DNA from: Octopus vulgaris
Taxonomy: Eukaryota
Reading direction: 5' to 3'
Assembly (NCBI GenBank): GCA_951406725.2
Contig: OX597824.1
Coordinates: forward strand, 7,378,001 to 7,442,000
DNA: 64,000 bases
The translations under genes were made by a program, and so were the position numbers. Numbering within the stretch: the stretch's first letter is position 1; the number at the start of each line of letters is the position of its first letter. A model generated the notes under the pieces. That model was not told the origin of the DNA, searched no databases, and saw nothing but the letters and a program-made list of their open reading frames with translations. This document shows positions 37,675 to 50,012 of this stretch, piece by piece.

Positions 37675-40087
37675 CTGAAACAAGGAAATTGTGAAATTAT
37701 TTCATAAAAAATAATACATAAACAACAATACATTTGTAAGAGAAGACAACACTTACTTTCTAAAACAAAAGATTTGGGATTTCGTTTTTTTATTTTTTTT
37801 TTTACTAAGTCATGAGGAGTTATGTTTATGCTGGCTGACTGGTCCCGTGCCGGTGGCACATAAAAAGCAGCATTCAAGCATGGTCGATACCAGTACCACC
37901 TGACTGGCTCCTGTGCCGGTAGCACATAAAAAACACCATTTAAGCATAACTGAAGCCAGTATTGCCTGACTGGACCTCATGTTGGTGGTACATAAAAAGC
38001 AACCACTACACTATCAGAGTGGTTGGTGTTAGGAAGGGCATCCAGCTGTAGAAACTCTGCCACATCAGATATGAGCCTGGAGCAGCCATCTGGTTCGCCA
38101 CTCCTCAGTCAAACAGTTTCATCCATGGCAGCATGGAATGTGGATGTTAAACGACAGTGATGATGATGATGATGATGAAGGTGTTAGCAGAAGGTCAGAT
38201 TTAGATAGAGATTTAAGAGTTTAACTGATCTTTTCTTAAGAAAGAAAAATAGCCGATACCCTAAAGGTGTTACCTTTCTTATTTTTACCTTTATTCCTTT
38301 CTTTCTAATTTGCATTGTCCTAGTTTTCAGAAAGAATTTTGAAAGTTTTGTCTCACAATTCTTCAGTCAAAACTATTCTAATAAAGTTCTGTTAGAATTT
38401 CTAACACAAGCACAAAGCTCAGAATTTTAGTTGAGATGAAAGGAGGTGGGTGAGGTGTTGATTTTAGACACACCTGGTATCTATTTATTTATACCATGCG
38501 TTTTGTGAACAATAGCATCACAAATTACAGGCATCCAAAGGGGCCAATCATTGATTCATTGCATTAACAATGAAGTGATGAGAGCTACAAGGGAGCACCT
38601 CATTAACTCAGGAGAAACAGCAATCACATAGGATATTTTTGTTTAAAAACATCAGTTCTTTAGTTTTGATCAACAATGTGTATTTTCACAATACATATCA
38701 ACACACACACACACACACACACATATATCATCATCATCATCATCATCATCATCATTTAACGTCCGTTTTCCATGCTAGCATGGGTTGTGCGGTTCGACTG
38801 GGGTCTGGGAAGCCAGATGGCTGCACCAGGCTCCAGTCTGATCTGACAGTGTTTCTACAGCTGGATGCCCTTCCTAATGCTAACCACCCCGAGAGTGTAG
38901 TGGGAGTCTTTTACGTGCTACTGGCACAGGGGCCAAGGGAGGCTGGCAAACGGCCACGATCGGTTGGTGCTTTTTACGTGTCACCGGCACGGACACCAGT
39001 CAAGGCAGCACTGGCATCGGCCACGTTCGGATGGTGCTTTTTACGTGCTACCGGCATGGGTATCACAACTACAATTTCCATTTGATTTTTATTTTGATGT
39101 TGATGTACTTGACTCAATAGGTCTCCTCAAGCACAGCAGGTCACCCTACGATCCAAGGTTAGCACAGCAGGCCGTCCTGCGAGCCATGAACCCACTTAAT
39201 TTGTTGGGTCTTAATTCCACCCATATAGCATTGGACCCAAGGTAGTGGCAGAAGACCCTTTTGGCCAAGATGTCATGTAATGAGATTGAACCCAAAACCA
39301 TTTGATTGCAAAGCAAAGCCATATAACAGCCTGGCCAAACATATTTCCTGCAATATTTAACCAGAACGCCTGGAAGGATGAAGCACAGAGTCAACGTTGC
39401 CGAGATGGTAACTCAAATCTCTTGGTAGTTTTCTCTATTGATATTACCATTCCAGTTGTAGTTATTGATTCTTACAATGATTGCATCGACCATTTCTAAA
39501 GTCTGGCTTGGCTCATCAGACAAAAGAGTTCAATATTTATAAATAGCAGATCGAGAAATTAACAAAAAATTACCATTTAAACAGGATAAAGTGGTTTTAT
39601 TTTAAAAGCTTACAAGCAAACTCACTTGCTATACAGCATTGAGGAAACATCATCATCATCATTGTTTAACATCTGCTTTCCATGCTGGCATGGGTTGGAC
39701 GGTTTGACTGAGGACTGGCAAGCCACGAGGCAGCACCAGGCTCCAATCTCATCTGGCAAGGTTTCTACAGCTGGATGCCCTTCCTAATACCAACCACTCC
39801 AAGAGTGTAAGGGGTACTTTTTACATGCCACTGGCACAGGAGCTAGTCAGGCAACACTGGTATTGGCCATGCTCAAATGGTGCTTTTTACATACCACTGG
39901 CATGGGAGCCAGTCAGGCGGCATCCGCACTGACAACGTTCGGATGATGCTTTTTACGTGCCACTGGCATGGGAGCCACTAAGGCAGCACTGGCATCGTCC
40001 ATGCTCGAATGGTGCTTTTTACATACCACTACCATGGGAGCCAGTCAGGCGGCACCTGCATCAACCATGATGCTTTTTACATGCATC

Positions 40088-40137
<50 letters not shown>

Positions 40138-40294
40138 GTTATCGCCATACTAATATGGCATTCTTATAAAAATAAGAATAAAGCTGTCCGCTTATTAGCT
40201 CCATGAGGCCATCGCCTTAAGTTAGCTATTTGATACACAAACTGTATCCATATAACCTTCGAACAAGGGAGGTCAGTCGCTCCACACTACTTGA

Positions 40295-40350
40295 CTGACA
40301 GCTACAGACGCGTTTCGGGGTATTGCCCCTTTTCAATGCAGCGTAGTCAG
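40295..40350 (-). ncRNA. Minimal type I hammerhead ribozyme motif with a U3-A8 core variant
   Basis: Minus strand: GCTGCA TTGAAAA GGGG-caata-CCCC GAAA CGCG TC TGTAGC; stem I is extended by CTGAC/GTCAG. Confidence 0.7.
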
Positions 40351-42542
40351 ACCAGTAGGTGTCGCTTCCGACAATCTCTGTTCGAAGGTTTTATTTACCT
40401 AGTTTCGGTGGAATACATCCACTTGTTTTTAGTAATTTTAATATTTCTATTATATATATATATATTATATTTATATACTCGTTCACTCGTTAACTTTTTT
40501 CAGTCAATTGTACCTATTCTATCAGTCCCTTTTGCCAAATAGCCAAGTTACGGGGACGTAATCACACCAACATCGGTTGCCAAGTGATGGTGGGAGGGGA
40601 CAAACACAGACACACACGCACACAATGGGCTTCTTTCAGTTTCCGTCTCCTAAATCCACTCACAAGGTTTTGGCCGTTGACCAAGGTGCCATGCAATGGA
40701 ACCGAACCTGAGACCATGTGGTTGGTAAGCATGCTACTTACCACACAGCCACGCCAGCGTATATATGTATATATATATATATGTATATATATATGAAATA
40801 AATCGTAAAGAAACTGAGTAATATCTTGTTTTTTGTTTTTTAACAGGAAAAGGAGGAAGTTCTGATTATTGAAATAGAAAATCAGTCGTAATTCAGTAAT
40901 TATCTTTATTTAATATTTGACTCTGCAGTGACACAGAATAATCCATTTTGATTTTTCTATTCGTTTTAAACATTCCGGTTTTTTATATTAACTCTGACTG
41001 ACCTAAATGAAGTTACACGTAACAAGAAATGACATTTCAAGGCGATAATAACAATGAAGGGAGATAAACGATGCAAAACAGTTTTCTAATACAGCCTTCA
41101 TTTATCTCCCTTGCATCAATGACGTTCCTATTTCCCAACTCTGTCTTTTTTACGATTCCGATTTTTACAATTTCTCTGTTCCTCTCTTAATTTCTCTGCC
41201 CCCAACACATTCAAACAGATGTAAACATGGCCAAATAAGAGTTACAGGAGATCTGATTACACCGAATTAAACAGTTATTTCCCTTTCAACAGTTCATCTC
41301 TTTTTTTTCCCACTCTTCACCTATGTATCTTCCTATGAAGTCATTCATGATCACCATTTAACGCTGGTATTTCCTCTACACACAACATTAGATAATTAGA
41401 ATACGTGTGTGTGTGAGAGAGATAGAGAGAAAGAGAGATTAGATTAGAAGAAAAAACTCAATATATCAAACACTGAGTTTTTTTTCTTGCCAGTGCTGCT
41501 GGACTGGCTCCTGTGCAGGTGGTTCGGTAAAAATACCATTTGAGTGTGGCCGTTGCCAGTACTGACTGACTGGCCCTCCTGCCGGTGGCACGTAAGAGTG
41601 GCTGGCGTTAGGAAGGGCATCCAGCTGTAGAAACTCTGCCAGATCAGATTGGAGCCTTGTGCAGCCATCTGGTTCACCAGTCCTCAATCAATTTCGTCCA
41701 ACCCATGCTAGCATGGAAAGCGGACGTTAAACGATGATGATGAAAATGACGACACACTCACACACACACATAATGTTGAAAAGATAATAAAAATCGCTTA
41801 CACACACTAGAAAGCAATTTCTTCCAAAAATGTTAGAGACATTCTCATAAAGAATTTATCACTTTTTAAAAAAGATATAATCTTAAAAGAAATGATTAAA
41901 CAAAAACTTTTTTATATTTAGTCCAATTGTATCAAGTAATTTTCACATTCCTAAATATAACAACATATATATATATATAGCCTATCTTTTATCATTTACT
42001 TGTTTCAGTCATTAGACTGCGGCCATGCTAGGGCATTGCCATAAAGGGTGTTAGTTAAAGAAATCGACCCCAGTTCTTATCTTTGTTAAGCCAGGTACTT
42101 ATTCTATCAGGCTCTTTTGCTGAACTGCTAGGTTACAGGCCCATTAACACACCAATACAAGTTGTCAAGCACTGATGTGGGACAAACACACACACAGGAG
42201 CTTTATATATACATATATATATACTGGCACTTGGCCGCTTACAACAACGAGGGTTCCAGTTGATCTAATCAACAGAACAGCTTGCTCATAAGATTAACGT
42301 GCAAGTGGTTGAGTACTCCACAGACACACGTACCCTAAATGTAGTTCTCAGGAGGATTCAGCATGACACAGAGTGTGACAAGGCTGGCCCTTTGAAATAA
42401 AGGTACTGCTCAATTTTGCCAGCTGAGTGGACTGAAGCAACATGAAATAAAGTGTCTTGCTCAAGGACACAACGCATCGCCAGGAATCGAACTCACGACC
42501 TTACGATCATGAGCGGAATGCCCTAACCACTGAGCCATGTGG

Positions 42543-42596
<54 letters not shown>

Positions 42597-42786
42597 CAAC
42601 ATCCATTTTTTCCAGATTCACGTAGGTCAAGCAGAATTTGAGGCAGGTTTTCTATGGCCAGAGCCCTTCCTGTAGCCAACCCCCAACTGTTCCAAGTGAG
42701 ATATTTTTCCATATCAAGACAGGTTAGGGAAAAAAAAAACCTGCCAATTCCACTGGTAAGGCTTAGACCAGCCAAAAGAATATTGT

Positions 42787-43350
42787 TTTCTACTTAAGGC
42801 TCAAGGCACAAGGCCCGAAATTTTGGGAGAGGAGTCCAGTCGATTAGATTAACCCCAGTATTCAACTGGTACTTAATTTATCAATCCCGAAAGGATGAAA
42901 GGCAAAGTTGACCTCGGCGGAATTTGAACTCGGAACATAAAGACAGACGAAATACCGCTAAACATTTCCCCCGGTGTGCTAACGTTTCTTATTTCTTTAT
43001 TGCCCACAAGGGGCTAAACATAGAGGGGATGAACAAGGACAGACAAAGGGATTAAGTCGATTGCATTGACCCCAGTGTGTAACTGGTACTTATTTAATCG
43101 ACCCCGAAAGGATGAAAGGCAAAGTCAACCTTGGCGGAATTTGAACTCAGAACGCAGCGGCAGACGAAATACTGCTAAACATTTCGCTCGGCATGCTAAC
43201 GTTTCTGCCAGCTCACCGCCTTCAGCCAAAGGAATATCAGAAGACACTTGCCCAAGGTGCCACACAATGGGGCAGAACCAAATACCACACAATTAGGGAG
43301 CTAGCTTTTTAATCACACAGTGAAGTCTGAGCTTTATATATCTGTGTGTT

Positions 43351-43382
<32 letters not shown>

Positions 43383-44375
43383 TACACACACACACACAAA
43401 TATATACACTGCTTGTGCATATATAATTGTGTTTGTGTTGTTAACTGTTAAATAATGCAGCAGCCTCATCATCATCATCATCATCATTATCGTATGTTTA
43501 TACAGAAATCTCTCCATCCCCTTCCATGACCCAGTTTATCAGGTATTTATAGGACACACCCTGTACATTAACATTGATGGCAATTTTGTAACAAAAAAAA
43601 AATCTTAATGAGTCTCTATAGTAACAGCTAGTTGTGATTAGCTTCACATCAGACCAGTCTCTGCAAACCTATGATCAAAATGGTTCCAGCCATGACCATC
43701 CCATCGTTTTGGGTTATAGAAATAGGTAATGAGTATATGCCAGATGACTACATTTTTCCAGTGTATCCTTTTTATTCTTTTCTTTTCTACTCTAGGCACA
43801 AGGCCATAAATTGGGGGTGGGGCAGTCGATTAGATCAATCCCAGTGCGAAACTGGTACTTAATTTACTGACCCTGAAAGTACGAAAAGCAAAGTCGACCT
43901 CAGCAGAATTTGAACTCAGAACATCAAGATAGACGAAATACCACTAAGCATTTCACCCAGCATGCTAATGCCTCTGCCAGCTCAACGCACAAAACACAGG
44001 GCCCAAAATTTTGGAGGAGGGTGCCAGTCGATTAGATTGATCCTCGTATGCAACTGGTACTTAATTTATCGACCCCCGAAAGGACGAAAGGCAAAGCCGA
44101 CTTCAGCGGAATTTGAACTTAGAACATAACAGCAGACGAAATACCTATTTCTTTACTACCCACAAGGGGCTAAATACAGAGAGGACAAACAAGGACAAAC
44201 GGATTAAGTCAATTATATTAACCCCAGTGTGTAACTGGTACTTGATTTATCGACCCCAAAAGGATGAAAGGCAAAGTCGACCTCAGCGGAATTTGAACTG
44301 AGAACGTAAGCAGCAGACGAAATACCAGTAAGCATTTCACCCGGTGTGCTAACGTTTCTGCCAGCTCGCCACCTT
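42787..44375 (-). mobile_element. Clusters of a second tRNA-derived SINE (family B) in multimeric arrays (42787-43225, 43785-44375)
   Basis: Head ggcggtgagctggcagaaacgttagc, B box gagttcaaattc, central gcctttcatcctttcggggtcgataaattaagtacc (resembles the Meta/MESC SINE domain, from memory). Also at 52148-52530, 53794-54198, 57148-57945(+) and 62880-63030(-). Confidence 0.8.
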
Positions 44376-45163
44376 AGTGTGTCCTTTTTATTAAGATGCC
44401 AGGGTGGATTCTGAAGAAGATTTGACTGCTACTTCTAACAGAACAAGTGTCCATGTAGAGGCTGGCTTGTTGGCTTGTGTCAGTTATTAGAATGAGTTGT
44501 CATGGTTGTTGTTGTTGATGAGTGACACAACATCCACCCTGTATGCTCTGTAAAGTGGTTGTCAAATGAACAGAAAACGCATAGGATTCTAGGGCCACTG
44601 TATTCAACCCCTCTAGTGTTGGTGACACAAAATAAACTGCACCCTAAATACTCGATAGTATGGGTTGGCAGCAGGAAGGGCATCCAGCCACAGAAACAAG
44701 ATCCATCCGTCGATGCTCTCGGTGTTGGGGGTTGACCTGCTTTCTCTTCTGTGGGTCTTACGAATAGCAAAGGACCACGTTTCAGATTTCTTGAAGACCG
44801 TTCGCTCAACAAACAAACAAACAAACCAACGAAGCAGCAGCGACAAAAGGAGAAAATAATAGGCATGGGTGTGGTTGTGTGGTTAAGAACCTTGCTTCCC
44901 AACCATATATGTGTGTGTGTTTAAGTTGTATTTGTGTGTGTGCGTGTGTGTGTATGTTTGAGTTGTATTTGTGAGTGTGTGTGCTTGGGTTGTATTTGTG
45001 TGTGTCCCACCATGCTTGGAAACCGCTATTGGAGTGTTTACCTCTCCTTCAACTTAGCAGTTTGGCAAAAGAGACTGATAGAAAAAGAAAACAGAAAAAA
45101 AAATAAGTGCCACAGTCAAATGGCTAAGACAAGTAAATGAGTAAAAGTAGAAACGATAATCAC

Positions 45164-45296
45164 CTTTGGTGGACTGGTTATCCTCAATGACCACTCTCTC
45201 AAACACAACGTTGACCAGTTGTTTGATGGTGGCTGCAGCAGTATTTATGGTTGTACTGTCTTTGGTGAAATGTAGTCGGAAACACAACACAAGGGC
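45164..45296 (-). CDS. MON2: MON2 coding exon 5: [44 protein letters not shown](E)
   Basis: ttttgcag| acceptor, G|gtgatt donor; 133 nt; near-identical to MON2 [10 protein letters not shown]...NTAAAT. Confidence 0.95.
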
Positions 45297-46496
45297 CTGC
45301 AAAAGAGAAAACAGAAGTTAGGGGACTGCAAGAATCATTGCGAGAGGGTCCGAAAAGAATGCTCTGTGGTATTTGTTCCAATTCTTTGACTTCTGGGTTC
45401 ATGTCTTGCCTCTGACCCTTCTGGGGTGAGTCATAAAAAAATAAGGTATCAAGTCCAGGAGTTGATGTAATTGATTAACTTCTCTTTTCAAGACTGCTGG
45501 CCTTGTACCAAAATCAGAAACAAAAGAGGGTGAGCTAGCAGAACCATTAGCACATTGGACCAGGCTCCAATCCATTGCACCAAGATCCAATCTCATCTGG
45601 CAAGGTTACTACAACTGGATGCCCTTCCTAATGCCAACCACTCCAAGAGTGTAGTTGGTGCTTTTTACATTCCACCAGCATGGGGGCCAGTCAGGCAACA
45701 CTGGCATCGACCACATTCAGATGGTGCTTTTTTTTACATGCCACTGGCACAGGAGCCAGTCAGGTGGGCCTGGCATCAACCACGTTTGGATGGTGCTTTT
45801 TATATGCCACTGGCACAGGAGCCAGCCAGGAGCCACTGTCATCGCCCTGGGTTTAAATGCCTTCTCTGAGGTTCACTTGGCTATCCTCCTTTCAGAATCA
45901 TTAAAATGAGTAGCAGTTGATGTAATCAATATACACACACTACTCTGAAATTGCTGACCTAGTGCCAAAATAACCAGGAAGTTAACTCTGCGATGGACTG
46001 GAATCCTATCCAGTGAGGGGAGTGTTGTGATCCAATCACTTACACACCATAAAACCAGCTTAAGCTCCAGCCTTAGTAGTCCTAGAGTTCATGAAAACAA
46101 TCATGATTATCCACCATATATCGTCCAATGTGTCATGTCCTTCCTACTTCAAGATAGAAGCATGTGATTTAAGGAAGATTTGGCTGCCGTTTCTATCAAG
46201 ATATTCCTGATATGTATCTGGAACAGTGCTGTTGCTATGTCCACGATGGGGTACTGCTTCCACATCTTTGGTTGCAAGTTTCAAACAGGCCGTTTAGCGG
46301 TTCACTGCTTTTACAGTAGTGAGAGAGTCGAGGGAGTATCTAGGCAATACAGGCAGAACAAATATCACAGAAGGGTTTCCTTTGTTTTGCTTACTTTTCA
46401 ATGGTTTATCGTTTTTCCTATTAATGTTTCTATTTTGAGTTGATACAAGTTACTAAATGGTATAGACATACATACATACATACATACATACATACA

Positions 46497-46571
<75 letters not shown>

Positions 46572-46713
46572 AACTTAAATTTATACAATGCACACGCAAA
46601 TATGTATATATATATATTGTGTATATATATATGTGTATATATATATGTGTATATATATATATATATGTGTATATATATAAGTATATATATATGTACATAT
46701 ACATGTGTATATA

Positions 46714-46806
<93 letters not shown>

Positions 46807-47454
46807 ATAATTACATCATATATACACACAAAACATACGTGGAAGTGAATAGCTATGATTAGGAATGCAAACAGCATGGGAGGTACCAATTAAACAAGCC
46901 AGCCTTTGATTATTTACACCAGGCCATTGTTAATTTATTGATCTGGGGAGTTGGCAGAAGGGGGGAGGTGGTGACTTGGTAAAAATACAGCAGCATTGTA
47001 AGATAGAGATCAACTGATCAATGATTGATGTATTGCCAATAAAATATCTCTCTGCCAAAATCAAGAGCTTCTATGAGATCACTTGACCTGCTGGAAATAG
47101 TAACTAAATCTCTCAAATCACTCAGATCATCTTGACATCAAAAAAAAGAAAAACAGAACACATTCAATCATGTAGTCCAAGATACACTAGGGTTGGGGAA
47201 AATGATGAGATGGACATAACTCAATTACTGCATGGATGGATTTCGTCTATCAAATCCAATCACAAGGCTTTGGTCGGCCCGAGGCTATAGTAGAAGACAC
47301 TTGCATAAGGTGCCACGCAGTGGGACTGAACCCGGAACCATGTGGTTCGTAAGCAAGCTACTTACCACACAGCTGCTCTTATGCCTTCATTCATTCATTA
47401 TTCATTTTTTTTTATATTAGTTTCCACCTTTTGGTTGGTGGTGGTGGTTGCTGT

Positions 47455-47830
47455 TGCTGTTGAGCGAACGGTCTTCGTCCCAGAGCTCGCAAGATGGGAG
47501 AAGTCCGAAACGTGATCCCTTGCTATTCATAAGACCCGCAGAGGAGAAAGCAGGTCAACCCCCGACACCGAGAGCATCGACGGATGGATGAATGCGCATC
47601 CAGGCTCAGCGGTTGTGTAGGAAGTCGGGGACAAGAAACAGGAAGAAAGAGTGAGAGAAAGTTGGAGCGAAAGAGTACAGCAGGGGTCACCACCACCCCT
47701 TGCCGGAGCCTCGTGGAGCTTTAGGTGTTTTCGCTCAATAAACACACACAACGCTCGGTCTGGGAATTGAAACCGCGATCCTCCGACCGCGAGTCAGCTG
47801 CCCTAACCACTGGGCCAGTGCACCTCCACG
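47455..47830 (-). mobile_element. Third tRNA-derived SINE (family C, Arg-like head)
   Basis: Head gtggaggtgcactggcccagtggttagggcagc...ggtttcaattccc; (CAA)n-like tail. The same head occurs at 55223(+), 22993(-) and 9430(+). Confidence 0.75.
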
Positions 47831-48015
47831 GTGGTGGAGGTGGTGGAGGGTGCCATTTTGATACTTGCCCTGGGTGCCATTTACCCTATCTATGCCCATA
47901 GTTATGTCTGTACCCTTTATGTCAATTTTACTAAATCATGCCCCGCTTACAGTAACACCTCAGTGTAGAAAGGTCTAAAACAGTTTATGTACTGTGTATG
48001 GACCTGCTCTCTTAA

Positions 48016-48444
48016 TCTCTATATATATAAACAGCAAAATGTCTGTCTGTGTGTGTGTGTATCCTTTATACAAATCCACAATTTTTCAGTTAGAGGGCTC
48101 GCACTTTCTAAGGTCATTCAAAACCATCCAAGTGTGGTCGTGTACATCTTTACATTTCCCCAGTCACCCCACAAAGCCATTAAAAAATCAATAGAAGTGA
48201 CATTTTTGTGAATTTTCTATCCAATCAAAACCCAATCAAAATGCCCAAAACTTGATACGCCAATTGAATGCCAGCTAGCTGTATGTGATTGGTCGGAGAT
48301 TTGGACAGTACTCGCATGTGTGTGCGCATGCACGCAGCTGTATATGCATGCACTTGCACTATGACCCGGGGAGGATGTGGTACTGAAGAAGAAGCAAAAA
48401 TTCCTGAAATATGGATATACACCGTTGCCGGGTCATAGTGCTAG
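48016..48444 (+). mobile_element. Non-autonomous Helitron (second family) with an insertion in the 3' hairpin
   Basis: A|TCTCTATATATATAAA start, 14-bp stem gcactatgacccgg/ccgggtcatagtgc, CTAG|T end. Confidence 0.8.
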
Positions 48445-48502
48445 TAGTAAATAATAAATCAGCAACAGAACTTTTATAGAAGCAATGAGTAAGTTTTTTT
48501 AC

Positions 48503-48634
48503 CTTTGCTAAATGATCGTGTTGAACAACTGAATTGGTGGTAATAAGAAGCAGAGCTGTCTGTAGAACTTTTAATTCTTCGGTTCCAGTCTCCATCAGTA
48601 ACCAAAGCATATTAATGATGCTTTCTGCTGCAGG
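48503..48634 (-). CDS. MON2: MON2 coding exon 4: PAAESIINMLWLLMETGTEELKVLQTALLLITTNSVVQHDHLAK
   Basis: ttctag| acceptor, AAG|gtaaaa donor; 132 nt, phase 0/0; matches IINMLWQLME...EELKLLQT. Confidence 0.95.
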
Positions 48635-49884
48635 CTAGAATCGAGATCAAATAAAAAAACATTTTATTTTTCATTAAAATACTGTTGAAAGACATTGTTG
48701 TAATTAACCATTCTTGGTACCGCAAGAGATAATCTATCTTTATGCGATAATATATGAAATTGGAATGTCTAATTGTGTTACACCACTATATTTAGTAGCT
48801 ATTTAAGTAAGATGTTAGTGGATGGTTATTGGGGAGGATGTGGTACTGAAGAAGAAGCAAAAATTCCTGAAATATGGATATACACCAATTACTTATATTT
48901 GTCATTGATTGCATTGTTTACATGGACATATTCATATACAAAACATCACAACTTTCAGTGATGGCTCTAATTTCTGTAGAAAATCTGTAGAAATAACTTT
49001 AAAAGGTAATATAATGACTCTTTTACTTGTTTCAGTCATTTGGTTAAATTGACTTTAATTAAAATCTTCCATCAAAATTTCATACTAATTTGTTCCAAAT
49101 ATCAACTTAATAATGACAAAGTTATTTCACTAAACTGTTCTTTCTTTTCAAAATTAACAGAAACAAACGCAGAGCAACAACAGAAATTTGAATTAACAGA
49201 AAAGCACAAAAGAGAATGCCACGGGTTTTTCTCAGGAATAACAGTAAAACATAAACACACACATACTACAGTCGTCATCATCGTCATCATCATCATCATT
49301 TAACGTCCATGTTCCATGCTAGCATGGGTGGGACGGTACCACAAGAACCAGCCAGGCCAAAGCCTGCACCAGACTTCTATGACTGTTTTATCAGGATTTT
49401 TACAGCTGGATGCCCTTCCTAACACCAACCACTCACCAGAGTGGACTTGGTGCTTTTTACGTGGCACAAGCACAAGTGAGATCAGTTTTGGTAAGGTTTT
49501 TACAGCTGGATGCCCTTCCTAACACCAACCACTTTACAGTGTGGAGTGGGTATTTTAAGTGTCACCTGCACTGACAGGGTCACCAAGTACTTGCAAGATA
49601 TAAAAACAAAAAAACTTTAAGAGGGGTGGAGGTATTGGACGAGGTGATGATGTAAAGGTTATAATGAGACGGATACTGGTGTCTTGCTGTAGAGGAAGTA
49701 CAATGTTACCTGGCCGGAGGGAGAAAGATCAGGAATGAGCAGTATAAGAAAGGATTATTTTCCACTCTGACCATTGACTCCAAATAAAGAATATGTCAGG
49801 GGTTCTCTTAAGACTTATGGTAACATATAAACAAATTTATGTTAGCGATAACAAAGGAAAATAATAGAAGACCATGAAACTTAC

Positions 49885-50012
49885 CTGAGCGACAACCTCA
49901 TGAGAAATTAGTTTTTGTATAGAAGACAATCCAATCTGCACTAGCTTTGAATGCTTTGTTTCACATCCCATAATAAATGGCCGCACCAAATCTGTACTGA
50001 CAGATTGTAAAC
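49885..50012 (-). CDS. MON2: MON2 coding exon 3: (G)LQSVSTDLVRPFIMGCETKHSKLVQIGLSSIQKLISHEVVAQ
   Basis: ttttgcag| acceptor, CAG|gtaagt donor; 128 nt; DCB-domain motif PFxMGCxTK...IQxLxSHEVV. Confidence 0.95.

Noticed and set aside
39480-39522. Minus-strand CTGATGA...GAAA hammerhead candidate, or a 36-nt in-frame microexon
   Set aside because: Stems I and II cannot form, and the microexon would need a rare GAG acceptor.
31292-48502. Introns 4 and 8 are both 3206 bp by my count
   Set aside because: They share no collinear sequence; coincidence.
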